A DNA stretch of 64,000 nt from Camelus ferus (lineage: Eukaryota), in contig NC_045696.1 in assembly GCF_009834535.1 (NCBI RefSeq), forward strand, positions 30,630,001 to 30,694,000, given 5' to 3'. The translations under genes were made by a program, and so were the position numbers. Below the pieces are notes generated by a model, which was not told where the DNA came from, ran no database searches, and worked only from the letters and a program-made list of their open reading frames with translations. How positions within the stretch are numbered: position 1 is the stretch's first letter; each line of letters starts with the position of its first letter. Shown piece after piece: positions 1-13,220 of the stretch.

Positions 1-1490
1 ATTGGATGGTTTTCATTATTCTGTTTTCCAGATCAGTTATTCATTCCTCTAAGTCACTTATTCTGCTGTTAATACCTTCCAGTTTATTTTTTATCTCAGT
101 TATTATATTTTCAGCTCTGCCTTAATTTTTAGTTCCTCTTATTTCTTGTTAAAATTCTCACTGTGTTCATCTATTCTTTTCCCAAGTTTAGTTAGCATTC
201 TTATTACCATTGCATTGAACTCTTTATCTGATAAGTCATTTATATCTATTTTATTAGGGTTTGGGGTTTTTTTTTTGTTGTTGTTCTTTCATTTGAAACA
301 TATTCCTCTGTCTTCTATTTTTGTTTAACTTTGTCTTTCTGAAATGAGGTGAAACAGTTACTATTCCTAGTCATGAAGGGATATCCTTGTATGCGAGTGT
401 TCCAGTGCAGTATGTATATTCCCAGTGGTTTTGGTGGGACAGCTGAAACAGAAGTGAGCATGGGTCACATCTTCCCCTGGGGTGTGCTGCAGATACCATC
501 CTTTGAGGGAGGTAGGAGACAAAGATTCTAGAGCCAGAGCCAGGTGTGATCTGGGGCTTCTCCTGTGCTCATTATCAGTCACCACCATAGTGAGTGTGAG
601 GTCAGAACTCAAGGTGTTGGAGCAGAAGCTCTGAGGTTTTTGAGTGAGCTAGTTTTGCTCCCTCTAAGTGTACACACTCTCCTTGGCAACAGCACCCTCC
701 ACCTTAATGGAAAACAGAGTTGCAGCAAAAAAGGCTGGAGCAGGGCTCAGTGTGGGATAGGGTATGTGCTGGAAGGCCACCAATTCGGTCAGAGCTGCAG
801 GCTGGTTTCAAATTGCTGCCCCTGCACACACTGGTAATGCCTACCTTTGTCTTGTTCAGAGGCAGGGTTGCATCCAATTGAGTTCACTTCCCTTTCATTG
901 TGCACACTCTCCTTGGCAATGACATCACTGCCCTAGTGGAGAGCAGCACCAGAGCAAAGCGGCTGGATAGGCACCTGGTGCAGGCTGGGGTTCTTGCTGG
1001 GATTTTCAGGGGAAACTGATTAGACTCCCCTGCAGTTTTCAATATACTTTCTCCATGCTGTTCCTGGAAGCAAGTAAGTGTGTGCAAGCACTCTTCACAA
1101 GTGGACTCTCTGTTTCTTATGGCCTTTTGGGAAGTCACACATGTTTTCAAACCACCTAAGGGAGCTCAACTTCCTAATGTCATACCCCAGGCTGGTGTAC
1201 CCAGTATGTGGCTCAACCTGTCACTCTCCAGGGAGGTATCCTTGAGTCCATGGCACCCCCTCCTCATCTGTGTCCCCAGCTAGGCTACAGGTCCTGACCC
1301 TATTGCTTTTACTCCCTTCTTCCCTGACTCATGTGAATCTTTCTTTACAGTCTTGATTGTAGAAGAGACTTTCTGCCAGTCTCTAAGTTGTTTTCAGTGA
1401 GAGTTGTTTTGCATGTGGATGTATTTTTAATATATTTCTTGGGAATAGTGAGGTCAGTGACCTTCTACTCTGCCATTCTAATTTCCCCTC
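1..1490 (-). mobile_element. L1 5' portion (5'UTR plus start of ORF1), continuing off the left edge
   Basis: Positions 1-330 are antisense to L1 ORF1 N-terminal sequence and resemble 58650-58980. A GC-richer UTR ends at ...ttctactctgccattctaatttcccctc, a typical L1 5' terminus with an atggc YY1-like core on the minus strand. Confidence 0.85.
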
Positions 1491-3605
1491 TACAACTGTC
1501 CATAAAAAAATGCACACAGATTCACAGCAGGTTATTCATAATTGCCCAAAAATGGAAAAAAGTAACATTTTCTTCAACAAATGAATGGATAAGCTATGAA
1601 ACAGAGAATGAAAAATTAATGAATGACAAAAATAAATGAGTTATCAAGCCACGAAAATGTACAGATGAATCTAAAATGCATATTGCTAAGTAAGTGAATC
1701 AATTCTGAAAAATCTACATACTGTGTGAGTCCTATTATATAAAATTCTGAAAAAGGCATAGTGATAGAATGTTAGGGTCAGTGGTTGTTGCGCGCGCGTG
1801 TGTGTGTTTGTGTGCATGCACATAGTGGGCGCTGGTTGTGTAGAGAGGAGAATGGAATAGGTGAAGTACAGAGGATTTTATTAGTGCAGTAGGATTGTAC
1901 TTTTTAATAGTGTAATAGTGATTGCAAGACATGGAGCTGTCAAAATCCATAGAACTTTATAGCACAAATAGTAATCATTCATAAATGCAAATTTGAGAAA
2001 AATATTTAGGAAGTGAGAAGATCCAAGAATAGATTTCAAAATGTGACACAAGCATCTATGTTTATTAGAATTACATGAAACACCCTAAGTGAAGGGAGCA
2101 GTGGAATAAGGTGCTGAATTTTTGGACTTGGGGAATGAATAGAGTCTATAAGAGTAAATGCAAAAGGAACTGTACATAAGTACTGTATTCTAGTTGATGA
2201 AGCTCTGTTCAATCGGGCACAGGTTAACAGGTTCTGAAGCTACTGTACATGTATTCTGGAATTGAACACTTAAGTAAATGACTCATGAATGACTGGAGCC
2301 ACATGTATCACTGTTGAATTGGGAAGTTATAGATAAGCAAAGGAAGAAGTCTAGAATGATCCACATGGTAATGAATTAGGATTAGAGACCAATATGAATT
2401 TAGGTTTAGCTTAATATAGACACTAATAATTATGTATAGAAATTTTATGTATATGTGTATATGAACTAGTTAGATTTCATACATGTATCTTCTTGCTTTG
2501 CTGGTTGAGAGGACATAAAGATAATCACACTCCAGTAGTAATGAGCACAATGTATATTCAACTATTGGTTTCTAGTGCTATTCTCTCATTAAAGCAACCA
2601 GAGCTCCTTAGAACAACAGCTAATTCTAGGACTGGGGCAGCAAATATGCAAGATAAAACTAGATCATCTGGTGCCAGAAAGTAAGAAAGTATTCAAATAA
2701 AAAGAAGGGGGAAGGACATTTTAAAAGCATACAGTAACATTGCATGAAAGAGTTGCAATAGCTAAAGATGAAACAATTTGAAAGAGAGAGAGAGAGAGGA
2801 GAGAGAGGAGAGAAAAACTAAATTGGATTATAGCCCAAAGCATAAAATGAATATCAAAAGTCTATACTAATATGAATAAATGATTGAATACATAAATAAA
2901 TTAAAAGGAACTGACATATTTCCTGTGCAAATGACTTCCAAATGATTTATGTAAATATTCCATTCTTAAGGAGGTGAAGTATAACCCTACATTTCTTAAG
3001 TTTGAGGTGCTCATAGTGTTTTCTTTCCAAAGTGTGAAAATAGGGGAAGTTTAGCGTGGGGAAATCTAACAAGTACTACCTAAGCCATGTGACCACATTT
3101 AACATCAACAGTAATCATTCATGTAGACAGCATGCACCCTTGATAGGATGTCACAAGAGTGGTGCTTTATCTCTCCATGGCCTTCCTCACAAAAATCCCA
3201 GTTTAATCATGAGAAAAATATGAGATAAATCCCAACTGAGGGACATTCTAAAAACCTGAACAAAATACCTCAAAACTATCGAGGACATCAAAACGAGGAA
3301 TGTCTGAAAAATTGTCAAAGCCAAAAGGACATTAAGGAGATGATATGGCTAAATGCAGTGTGATATCCTGCATGAGATTCTGGAACAGATAAAATGTAAT
3401 AGATAAAAACTAAGAAAATTTAAATAAATCATGGACTTTATAAAGTAATAAGGTGCCAATATTGGCTTATCAATTGTGAGAAATACATTGTACTACTGTG
3501 AGATATTACAAGTAGGAGAAACTGGATATAGAGTATATGGGAATTCTCTGCATTAGCCACACAATTTTTCTCTAAGTTTAAAACTACTCTAAAAATTAAA
3601 ATAAA
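1491..3605 (+). mobile_element. Old L1 3' end (L1MC3-like)
   Basis: Characteristic 3'UTR text: ...gtgtgatatcctgcatgagattctggaacag...ggagaaactggatatagagtatatgggaattctctg...aaaactactctaaaaattaaaataaa. Confidence 0.8.
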
Positions 3606-4388
3606 TGTATATGTACAATAGAAGAACTTTTAAGTAGAGTATATAAATAAGAAAAAAAAAAAAAAAGAAAGAAATGATAGTAAGATGAATCCAGGGAGTT
3701 TGTATGTAGAAAATACATGCTACAAAGGAGTCCTGGAAAATTATTCAATATAATTGACTTCAAACTTACTAAAGGCCAATCCAAATTAAGCAAACTAATT
3801 ATTTGATAAAAAGAGTTATAAGTACTATTGATCTTAAGGAAAAAGGAAACAATTTTCTCTGGGGAAGCAAAGTTTTCTCTGATTCCAAACCTTGAGTTAC
3901 ATATTTTCTATGCTGCAAGGGATTTTTGCAGTTACTGAACAAAATTCTGTCCATTTAAAATCAAAATACTAGTCAGTGAATGAAACATAACCACTTAAGT
4001 ATAAAACATGGCATCTCTTTCTGTCAAATGTTTTTGCCATTCTCTAATCCCTTTTCCATTAGGCGGGCAGTGCATTTCATGGAGAGGCAAACATGCACAT
4101 ATATTCTTCATCCCATGTCTCTGGGCCTAGCAAAGCTTTTGGCATGCAATTAGCCCTTCATAAATATTTGTTGAATGAATATATAAGTAACTGAATGAAG
4201 AGTGATCCAAGAGTCTCCTCATTTCACTTTTTATTCCTTATTCTATAATGTTTTCTGCTGCTTCCTTTATTTTATTGTACTAAGCTCCCATTTTGGACAT
4301 GCTTCTAGTTAGTTGTGATCATTTTTTACTCTAGCTTGAAATATAAGCCAGTGGTCAGTTCAGTTTATTTAAATAGTTTCCTTAGCAT

Positions 4389-4590
4389 GGATACATTGGG
4401 AGTTCAGGATTTGTAGATACTAACTACTATATATAACATAGATAAACATCAAGGTACTACTGTATAGAGCAGGGACCTATTCAATATTTTGTAATGGTCT
4501 ACAATAAAAGAGAATATATATATATGAATCACTATCCTGTACCAGAAATTAGCACAACATTGTAAATTGGCTATCATTTGTTCAAAAAAC
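4389..4590 (+). mobile_element. Short 5'-truncated lineage-specific L1 3' end (camelid/cetartiodactyl type)
   Basis: ggatacattgggagttcaggatttgtagatactaactac...ctgtaccagaaattagcacaacattgtaaattggctat followed by an A-rich end. Confidence 0.8.
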
Positions 4591-5549
4591 AGACTTTATT
4601 TGTAATAAATTTAATCCCTTTCTAAGCAGATATAGTTTTGGCATTTCTACAATATTATGAATAAAATATTATTCGTAATTCAGGTAGAAAGAACTTAAAT
4701 TCAGAAACAAAAATCTTGACTCAACTTTTAAAATAATGAATTCAGAATTTTCAAAAATATAGAGAGAGCTTATATGCTCTCCACATTGTGAAACTCTCCG
4801 TGTTACATATGGCAAGATCCACAGAACTGAATCTGAAACTTTCTGTTTAATACTAATGCTGACAACTATGCATTGTGTAAAGAATTTTTCATAAACAATA
4901 ATGAGTTAATTTTAATAAATTTCTAAAATGTATATTCCAAAAGTTTCTGATTTATAGAGAAGTTGGTTAATAATTTTAAGATAATATTTTTCTTTGGAAA
5001 ATATAAATGTAAGCCTACAAACTGGAGATCTTCAAATGCCAAATATAATTTTAGAAGCCTATTTTAAGTTTACATTCATGTCATTAAAACTTCCAACACA
5101 GAAATTCAACCAGAACTTCAAATGGCTAAAAAATTTCAAAGCAGCAGAATTATTTCATTAATTAAATAGACCTTTCATCAAAGCAGTAGCTCTTTGCTGT
5201 GACTGAAGAACAAGTATCTTCAATGTTCAAATTGGTGTTTATACTGCATCTTCATTCTCCATTTGATGAGTAATATTTAATAGTCTCTTAAGAGACAGAA
5301 AGGTGTACTCCGCAGGTTTTGCTCAGTAGGATATTTTTCAAGCATCTCTTTTAAATCAACTTTTGAAATTTTTGACTCTGCAGATCCTTAAAATTACTGA
5401 ATGACTATTTTTGACACCTAGATAAGAAATCAAAGATAATAACTAGGCACAAAATCCTGTTTTGAATTTAGTAGTTTGATCCATACAGTGTCTATATTCT
5501 ATCTGCATACTTTCTTTGCCTTGTTATTGTGTTTTTGCTAAACCAGCTC

Positions 5550-5765
5550 TTTTGTTGATGTTTTTCTGTTTTGTTTTTGGTACATTCAGTTTATTTCTAA
5601 CAAGATGTAGCCTTGAAGCTTTAAGCCCACCTGTTCCCAGACATTGTTATCCAGGCATGCAGCCATTATAGCGCCAGAGACCCTGAGATCCTGAATGAAG
5701 ACAGAAGTATTGACTAGCTTTCCACACCCACAGACACATCCACAGAGTCCTATCTGATAGTGTTG
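5550..5765 (-). pseudogene. Probable 5'-truncated processed retrocopy (3'UTR fragment, parent gene unidentified)
   Basis: Minus-strand AATAAA (5595-5590) lies 11 nt before a decayed A-tail (5578-5550). The body is GC-richer than the flanks. Degenerate flanking direct repeats: aaaccagctctttt and aaagatagtcctttt. Confidence 0.4.
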
Positions 5766-6109
5766 AAAGATAGTCCTTTTTTTTCCCCCTCACATTTCTT
5801 TGGTACAATGTTTTCAATTTTCTGACTTCTGTTATTCAGAATCTACTGAATTAAGCTATTTCATCTGTCAAATTTGAGTGTGATATTTATTTAAAAAGCA
5901 CATTAGGGAACAGAGACTTTTGGATATAAAAACAGAATAGAATCATCTAATATTTAGCCAGTGATGTGTGCTTTAAACAAATAATTTATTAATGTAAATG
6001 GCAATTTGCTCATGGGAGATTTTGTAAATACTCTGGGCATCTGCAAGGGTTAACTAAAAGAGCAAACAAGACAGCTACTGCTATTTTCATATTTGTCTCA
6101 CAATGTTTA

Positions 6110-6347
6110 CTTAATAATAGGAATAACACCAGTTACCATTCTATATGTTTTCTAAGTATTAATTCACCAGAAACTTACATAACTTTTTAAAGCATACATG
6201 TTACGAATATATTGCACATTTTAAAGATAGGGAAATTGAGGATGAAGTAACTTGCCTGATGTCAAGCTGGTAGTAATTCACAGACCCAAGCTTTAAATTC
6301 AGATAATTCTGCTCCAGAGACCATCCTCTAACCACTACGTTATATTG
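6110..6347 (-). mobile_element. MIR SINE
   Basis: Antisense MIR core cattttaaagatagggaaattgagg...aagtaacttgcc and head ...cctctaaccactac. Confidence 0.75.
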
Positions 6348-7048
6348 TTCCACCACAATAAACTAGCCATTAGCCAACTTTGCAAAAACAGAAATATGCA
6401 GCTACTATTTGTTTATGTTGAACTTATGGCCAACTGTTGTAAATTCTGTTATGAAAATATTCAATTTAAATATGTTACTCTAATATGGCATTGATACTGA
6501 AGAAATCAGCCAAACTTTTTATGGATTTTGGAGATGTAATTTTACTGGGCACAGTTACAAGTAAAGTTTTTTTCTTTTTTAAGGGTTTAGGGAGAAGTAT
6601 AAGAAAAGTTGGGATTGAACTTATGGCTTGGCATCAAAACCATGTGCTAATCAATTTGTGACCTTGACCAAATTAGAACTTCTTTGACCGTCACTTTGTT
6701 CTTAGGGATAAACCCATTAAAATCAAATAAAAAGGCATTAAACCCAGCTGTCAACATTATTTGCATGCTTCTAATTATGAGCAGAGGAATTGTTGTAATA
6801 AATGTAACCCGTTTTATGGTGATCCAGACTGTAACTAAAAAGTGTCATCCAGTTCTTACATAAAAAATATGTATATAACATAGTCCTATACAAATGAGAC
6901 AGTAAACCTATTTCTGCAAACACTGAAAAATGTCGATTAAAATTTGACTAGAGAGGAAGCAAATGTATAGATAGTATTTCTAGGAAATTGGACAATCCTC
7001 TCATTGTTAAAATAGTGCAAACTTAATTATGTTTTTCTTTCCATTAAG

Positions 7049-7110
7049 GGCTGGTTGTTTCAGTTTGGACACTGACTTTAACTATAATTTTAGCATTTAG
7101 TTTGACACAG
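7049..7110 (+). other. Candidate internal coding exon (62 nt, hydrophobic peptide xLVVSVWTLTLTIILAFSLTQ)
   Basis: Branch-like cttaat at 7022, pyrimidine tract gtttttctttccattaag, consensus donor CAG|gtaagt. Only one frame is open. I do not recognise a homologue. Confidence 0.3.
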
Positions 7111-7989
7111 GTAAGTTTTCTGGATCAGGCATAAAATATTTACCAGCATCGGTTAAAAAAACAAAGGTATCATTTGTTTGTTTAAATACTAGAAGTCTTC
7201 TGATTTTCTCATTAGTTTGTTTATAATTCACACTTTGAATACTTAAACACTAATGGTCTTCTCTAAATTTGGACATATGTAAATCTCAGAAACTTGAGCA
7301 GGTTTCAAATAAGCATATCTCCTTTGGGGACCAGTAATATTCCCACAGAATTGTTCAGAGTAAGAGTATTTTGTGAAGGCAAGGCATCATGTGTAGTTAC
7401 AATAAAATTCCCATTTAATCATAATGTGACTCACTGTAAAATATGATATTAACATGTCAAGTCAATTTCATGCTCCCCTCTTCTCAGGCTATTTAGCACA
7501 ACAAATTTCATGCTAATCAGCTTGAGTATTTAATGTCAAAGATGGGAATTTGGCACTTCTGCATATCTTATGAAACATATGTATATATGCATATATGTAT
7601 TTATGGTAAATGAAGTAATGCATTGCAGTTGAAATTAGCATTAATATTTAAGCATAATTTGATGTTTGCTATAATTTAGAGTTCTGAGGAAAGTAGGATA
7701 TTTGTATTATTAAAATAATACAATAAATGGAAAATACAAGACATAACTCATAAGAATGGCTAGAACAAAAAATTGCACATCAGAATCTCAAAATAGTTAT
7801 GATCATATGTTATGATGATTAGTGACTATTATCTCTTTTTTTTCCTTATGGTATTGTACATTTTTCTACAGTGTGAATGCATGGTCAGTTAAATTTGTTG
7901 ACATTAAAAACTTGTGAGCTAGATTTTAATTATTTAAAGCTAACTGTCAGCCCACAGAATAGACATAAGTACACACAAAATAATGTAAG

Positions 7990-10505
7990 AGGTAGATTCT
8001 GTTTCTCTATCTGACAGGCCAAGACTTTACTAACAGACCCCTCTACCTGCAGGGCAAAAAGTGACTATCTAAAGGTACTGGAGAGTGAGCAAAAGCAGAC
8101 TCCAGTGGGAGTGCATACTTGTTTGAAGGAGGGAGGCAGGGAGCTGTAGATGAAAGTTCCCATCTCCTTGACTTTTAGCCTGTAACCGTAAACAGTACAC
8201 ACATCTCATACAGCTTCAAATGAGGGCACTTGTCAAAAGCTCACATTTTTATTTTGGCTTGGAGAATGAGGGGCAAGAAAAATTGTGACACTGAATAGAA
8301 TGAGAAAAATGCTTAAAGAGAAAAAAAAAAAGCAGAGAACTTCAAGCGCTGTTGACACACATGTCTGTATAACCCAGGAGTTGTGTAGTTTTCAAAGCCA
8401 ATCAACCCAATTAAAGACAAAAGGTATGAATGGCAGTGGAGACAGCTTATAAAAAAAAAGAGTACACTGTTCAAACCTAGTCAACAAAATTATATGTTAA
8501 AATAAATAATATTCATTAAATAAAATAATATTGATAATTAATACAATCTTTACACCTAAAAAGAAGAAATAATGGTCATTCATAATGTCAAATATGAAAT
8601 CCAAAATTACTCAAGATATGAAGATCCAAGAGTATGGAACACAGACTAAGATGAAAGGAAGAGTGATCAAGACTGGCCATGAGAAGATCTGCCTTAGATC
8701 TAGAGATTCAAATCGACTATTATAACTATCTTCAGTTAATTAAAGCAACATATATTTTTAATGTATGAAATCTCAGTAAAAAAAGAACTTTAAACAATGT
8801 ATAGAAACCATAAAAATAATTGAATAGATTCTAGAGCTGGAAATTGCAATTTCTGAAAAATAATTTCCTAGATTGACTTACTGCAATGGACATGACAAGG
8901 GAAATTGTAAACTGAATGTATATCAATAGACATAATCCAAGGGGAAGAATGTAGATAGACATACTGAAAATATAAACAGCATCTTGATATCAAATGGCCA
9001 GGCAAATTTCTAGTTGGAATAGCAGAGTGGGAGACAACAAGAATGGGAAAAATTGGGGGTAAAAATGGTCATTATTTCCCTAAATTTGTTGAAAGAGAAT
9101 TTCAGATGCAAGATGAACACCAAGCAGAGTAAATACAAATAAGCTCAGGCTAAGATACATCATATTCAAACTGTTAAAAGCTAAAAAATATATAACAAAG
9201 CTTGAAAGAGGCAAGAGAAACATATACAAACAAAGCAACAATGATCCAGTTAATGGCTGACGTATAAAAAAACATGGAGGCAGAAGGGAATGGAAAAACA
9301 ATTTCAAAAAACAAAAATATACAAGAATAACATCCAGAAAAAAATTTTATTCAAGAATAAAGGTGAAATAGATAAAAGGAAACTAAGAGAATTAGCCAAG
9401 AGCAGACCTTCACTACAGGTAAAGTAAGGCAATTCTTCACACTCAAATGTAATGACAGATGAAAACTCATACCCTCAGAAAAGAATGAAGAACATCAGAA
9501 ATAGATAAGTATCTGTATTAGTGCAATTTTTTTGCCTTTCTCCCTTTAATTTATTTATTAACCATATAATTGTTTAAAAATAATAATTATTGTGCAGTTT
9601 ATAATGTGTATAGATCTATACTATAAATAATTATATTGGATGGGAGATGGGAAGTAACAAGTAAAATTAAAATAAATTTTGAACTAAATATATCAAAAAA
9701 TTTAGGAAGCAGCCAAACCTATGAATAGAGAGAAATACATAGTTGTCAGAACTCTTACTGGAAACTGGAGTTCTCTATACCTGTCCAATATAATAATTAA
9801 AAAGAAAAAGAACAATTTAAAGAAAAAAAACAAACCAAAGGGAGAAAAATGCAAAATTGGAGGGGCAGAAATAAATTAAATAGAAACAGAATATCAATAG
9901 GAAAAAAAAACCAAAACAAAAGCTGATTATTTGGGGAAAAATAATGAAAATACCTATAGCTCTTTTCAGACTTACTAAGAAAAAAAGAGAAGACACAAAT
10001 TACCAAAATTAGAAATGACATAGAGGACATCACTATAGACTTTTCATAAAATTAAATAAAATAATAAGAGAAAATTATGAAGTATTTATGCCAATAAATT
10101 TGACGACCTTGATGAAATAGAATTTGTTTTTAGAAAAACATAAAGAATTTAACTTCTCTCTGGAGACAGGGAAAAAAAAACAACTTCATATCAAATTATA
10201 ATTAAAATTAAAAGCCTTTCTATAAAGAAAACTCTAGGCTCAGATGTCTTAAATAATTATGTCTGTCAGACATTTCAGGAAAAAATACTGTTTCACAGCC
10301 TTTCAGAAAATAGTTACCCTAATTGCAAAATCAGAGAAAGTTGTCATGAGAATGAAAACTACAAACTAACATTTTATGTTAATATAGAGGCAAAATGGAA
10401 TCCAACAACATATAATGATAATAAATCATGAAAAATTGGAGTTTATTTCAGGAATGCAAGCTGTTTTTAGCATCTTTAAATTAATAAGTGTAATGTACCA
10501 TCTAA
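7990..10505 (+). mobile_element. Old degraded L1 (5'UTR, ORF1 and ORF2 fragments; L1MC/ME age)
   Basis: A-rich sense strand with ORF1-like text (catcatattcaaactgttaaaagctaaa) and ORF2-like text (tatgccaataaatttgacgaccttgatgaaat; ggagtttatttcaggaatgcaag). Confidence 0.75.
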
Positions 10506-12308
10506 TTATGGTAGTATTATGATTTCTCTATTATATCTCTGCACAGAGAATGTACTGTTAGGTTTTAATATTGTGGATAAATTTATGTATGTCTGATCTT
10601 GTTGAAACTAAATTATTTCTAGTCATCAGTCTCTACACATGGGTAAATGAAATATTAGTTGTAACTTATTAGTGTCAAAACATCCATAAAATTTGCTTTA
10701 TCTTAAATTTTTTAAACAATTACTGTGAAAATTTAAAACAAATATTTTATAGATAGAAATAGTTCCATATGAGTAAAAATTATATGGAAATTCTTTCAGA
10801 ATACCTACATTAAACATAAATATAGCAAAAAACTCATTTCCACATGAAGTATATGTCAGATAAACTACATCTTTGCACTTTGCCTTGTAAAACAAGTAGC
10901 CTAATGTCTATGTCAGGATGAATGATTGGACCTGGTAGATTATTGTGTCTCTGATTACACTTGCTAAATTCTGATCCCACTAGCTGAATTGCATGCTTAC
11001 CAAGAGTTATTTGTGTTTATTTCAAAATCTATTTATTCCTGATACAGTTGTTATCATTATATAGTTCCATTAAATATTATACAAATAAACAATATATGTG
11101 ACCATTTTTATAGAAATCATAAAGAGAGCTTTCGAATGATGTAGATCATACTGATTTTTCTAGAAATCACATAGAGCCTTTTGGAATGTGAAAAAATAGT
11201 TTTTAAAGAACTATTAAATTAGAAATGATATAAGAAACAACTTTAAATGATAATTGAATGTTAAAAGTATAAAATATAATTGCATTCAAAAGGCTCACAA
11301 ATTTCTGTATGTTTTTCTCCATTTGAAAGAAACATGAAGTAGACATGTCTGTATGTTGCTTATGTTGCTATTGGTCTAGACACAAATGGCAAAATCAAAT
11401 ATAGGGCATCCACATTAGGAAAAAATAGTATCCTTTCACAGTGGAAAATTCACTAATAAATGCAAATTTTACGGTAAAATTCGATATTTAAAGTATGCGT
11501 ATACCTTTTGTCATGATTATTTGATTTATTACAAATCATGTCAGATTAGTGCATCTAAAACATTTAGTTTGTACAGTTGATTAAAACAATGTATAGTTAT
11601 GTATGATCACTACTAATTACAACAAAGAGCTTTAATAAGTCAACAAGCTAGAAGGTACTTAAAAATTAGAATTTTGACGTTTACCATTGAGTGTGTTACT
11701 CGAAGAGTATGCTAAATGTTTTTTTGCAGAGGCAGTGAGTTTGGATAAGATTATTTGGAAATCGGATGTTTACAAAATACATTTTTACAATTTACTTAAA
11801 TATATGTCTTGTGAAGATAAATAATAGTCTTACTGAACTAAATTAATATGATTTTTGAGTTATTTTTATAAATTTTCTTTCATAGGAAATATTTAATTCT
11901 TGTAAGTTTCAAGGTATAAAATTGGCATAAAGGTCTTCAGGATTGCCTTAATATCCCTCTAAAATGTGTCAGTTTCTAGGAATTAGATGCTACTTTTGTC
12001 AAAAGTCAGTAAACATATTGAGAATGTGTAGGCTTTCTGCAACATTTGTATAAACACAGTTTTCTAAATTACTGCAGGCACACAGTTACAGAGCATCAAA
12101 AGGAGGGGGGGGGGAAAACACCAAACAAAACAAAACAAAGTTTTACAAATAAAAAAATTTCTTTATTTCTCCCATATATTTAACTGCGAAGAATATAATT
12201 TTTCAGAGTTATTTGAGTTATGCCAGTGGATATTGAAATAACTGTAGAGTCATCTTCACTAGTTCAAATAATTTTCAGTGAGTTCTAAAGAGGTATGTCT
12301 CATGCTTC

Positions 12309-12789
12309 TGTGAACGAAAAATACTGCAAACCATATCAGTAAACAAAGAATGATGAAACCATCAGATCATCAGCCTCTGCCGCCACCCACCAGTGAAGAC
12401 AAGCCTGCAGGCCAGCCTCTGCAGCCACTCACAATGGTGCACCCTGAGGGGACTCAGAATAAGAAAGGACAGGATACTGGCCCTAGATAGCTAGGTGCTT
12501 GTCAAAGGAATGAATTCCATGAGCCCAAATGTTTGCTTCCTCCCATACATAGAAAAGCACTAAATTCTCTAACTTGAGATGCCTGGTTTTCTAAATTAAC
12601 AGGTAATCTTTTAATGTTCCAACTAACTGGTCTTTGTTGTAAAGCTCCTATATATCCTAGCTCCTCCCCTACCTCTTCGGAGCAGTCCCTCAGAGCGATC
12701 TGAGAGGCTGTCATCCCGGCTAGACTCTAGTCTTCCCACCAAATAGAACATAACTCAACGTCTAGTCTGTGCATTTATTTCAGTCGACA
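12309..12789 (+). mobile_element. ERV1-class solo LTR
   Basis: TG...CA termini (tgtgaacgaaaaata / tatttcagtcgaca), TATA-like cctatata near 12647, decayed polyA signal aaatagaa near 12741, 4-bp TSD cttc/gttc with one mismatch. Confidence 0.85.
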
Positions 12790-12989
12790 GTTCTATATAT
12801 GTCACGTGTTATGCAAGAAATGTCTATTTATTCACAAGGGATTATAAGAAGTGAATTTACATTTGAGCACTAACCCTTATTTGTTTAATTATAGGGAATA
12901 AATCTTAGTTTAGTTTTGTAATTTCTAGCATAGGTTACCATATTTAGTAAAAATAAGTACCAGATAATCAGAATAACTTATTTTTGTTA

Positions 12990-13220
12990 ATACAGAGATA
13001 TATAGACCTAGGCACTTTAAAATGAATTAATGTATCTAGTCACCACAGTATATACCTAAAAGTTAAGACATTTACATCCAGTTTAAGGATGAGGAAACTG
13101 AAACATTAAAAAAAAATTTTTAAAAAAAGCTGTTAGTTTTCTAAAGCCACAAGAAAAGATCAGAAGTCAGATTCCAAAACCAGTCAGTTTGATTACAATG
13201 CCTGCATTCATTGAACTACA
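12990..13220 (-). mobile_element. MIR SINE
   Basis: MIR core gtttaaggatgaggaaactgaaac in antisense orientation. Confidence 0.65.

Noticed and set aside
5283..5296. 14-bp perfect palindrome gtctcttaagagac
   Set aside because: Several such palindromes are expected by chance in 64 kb.
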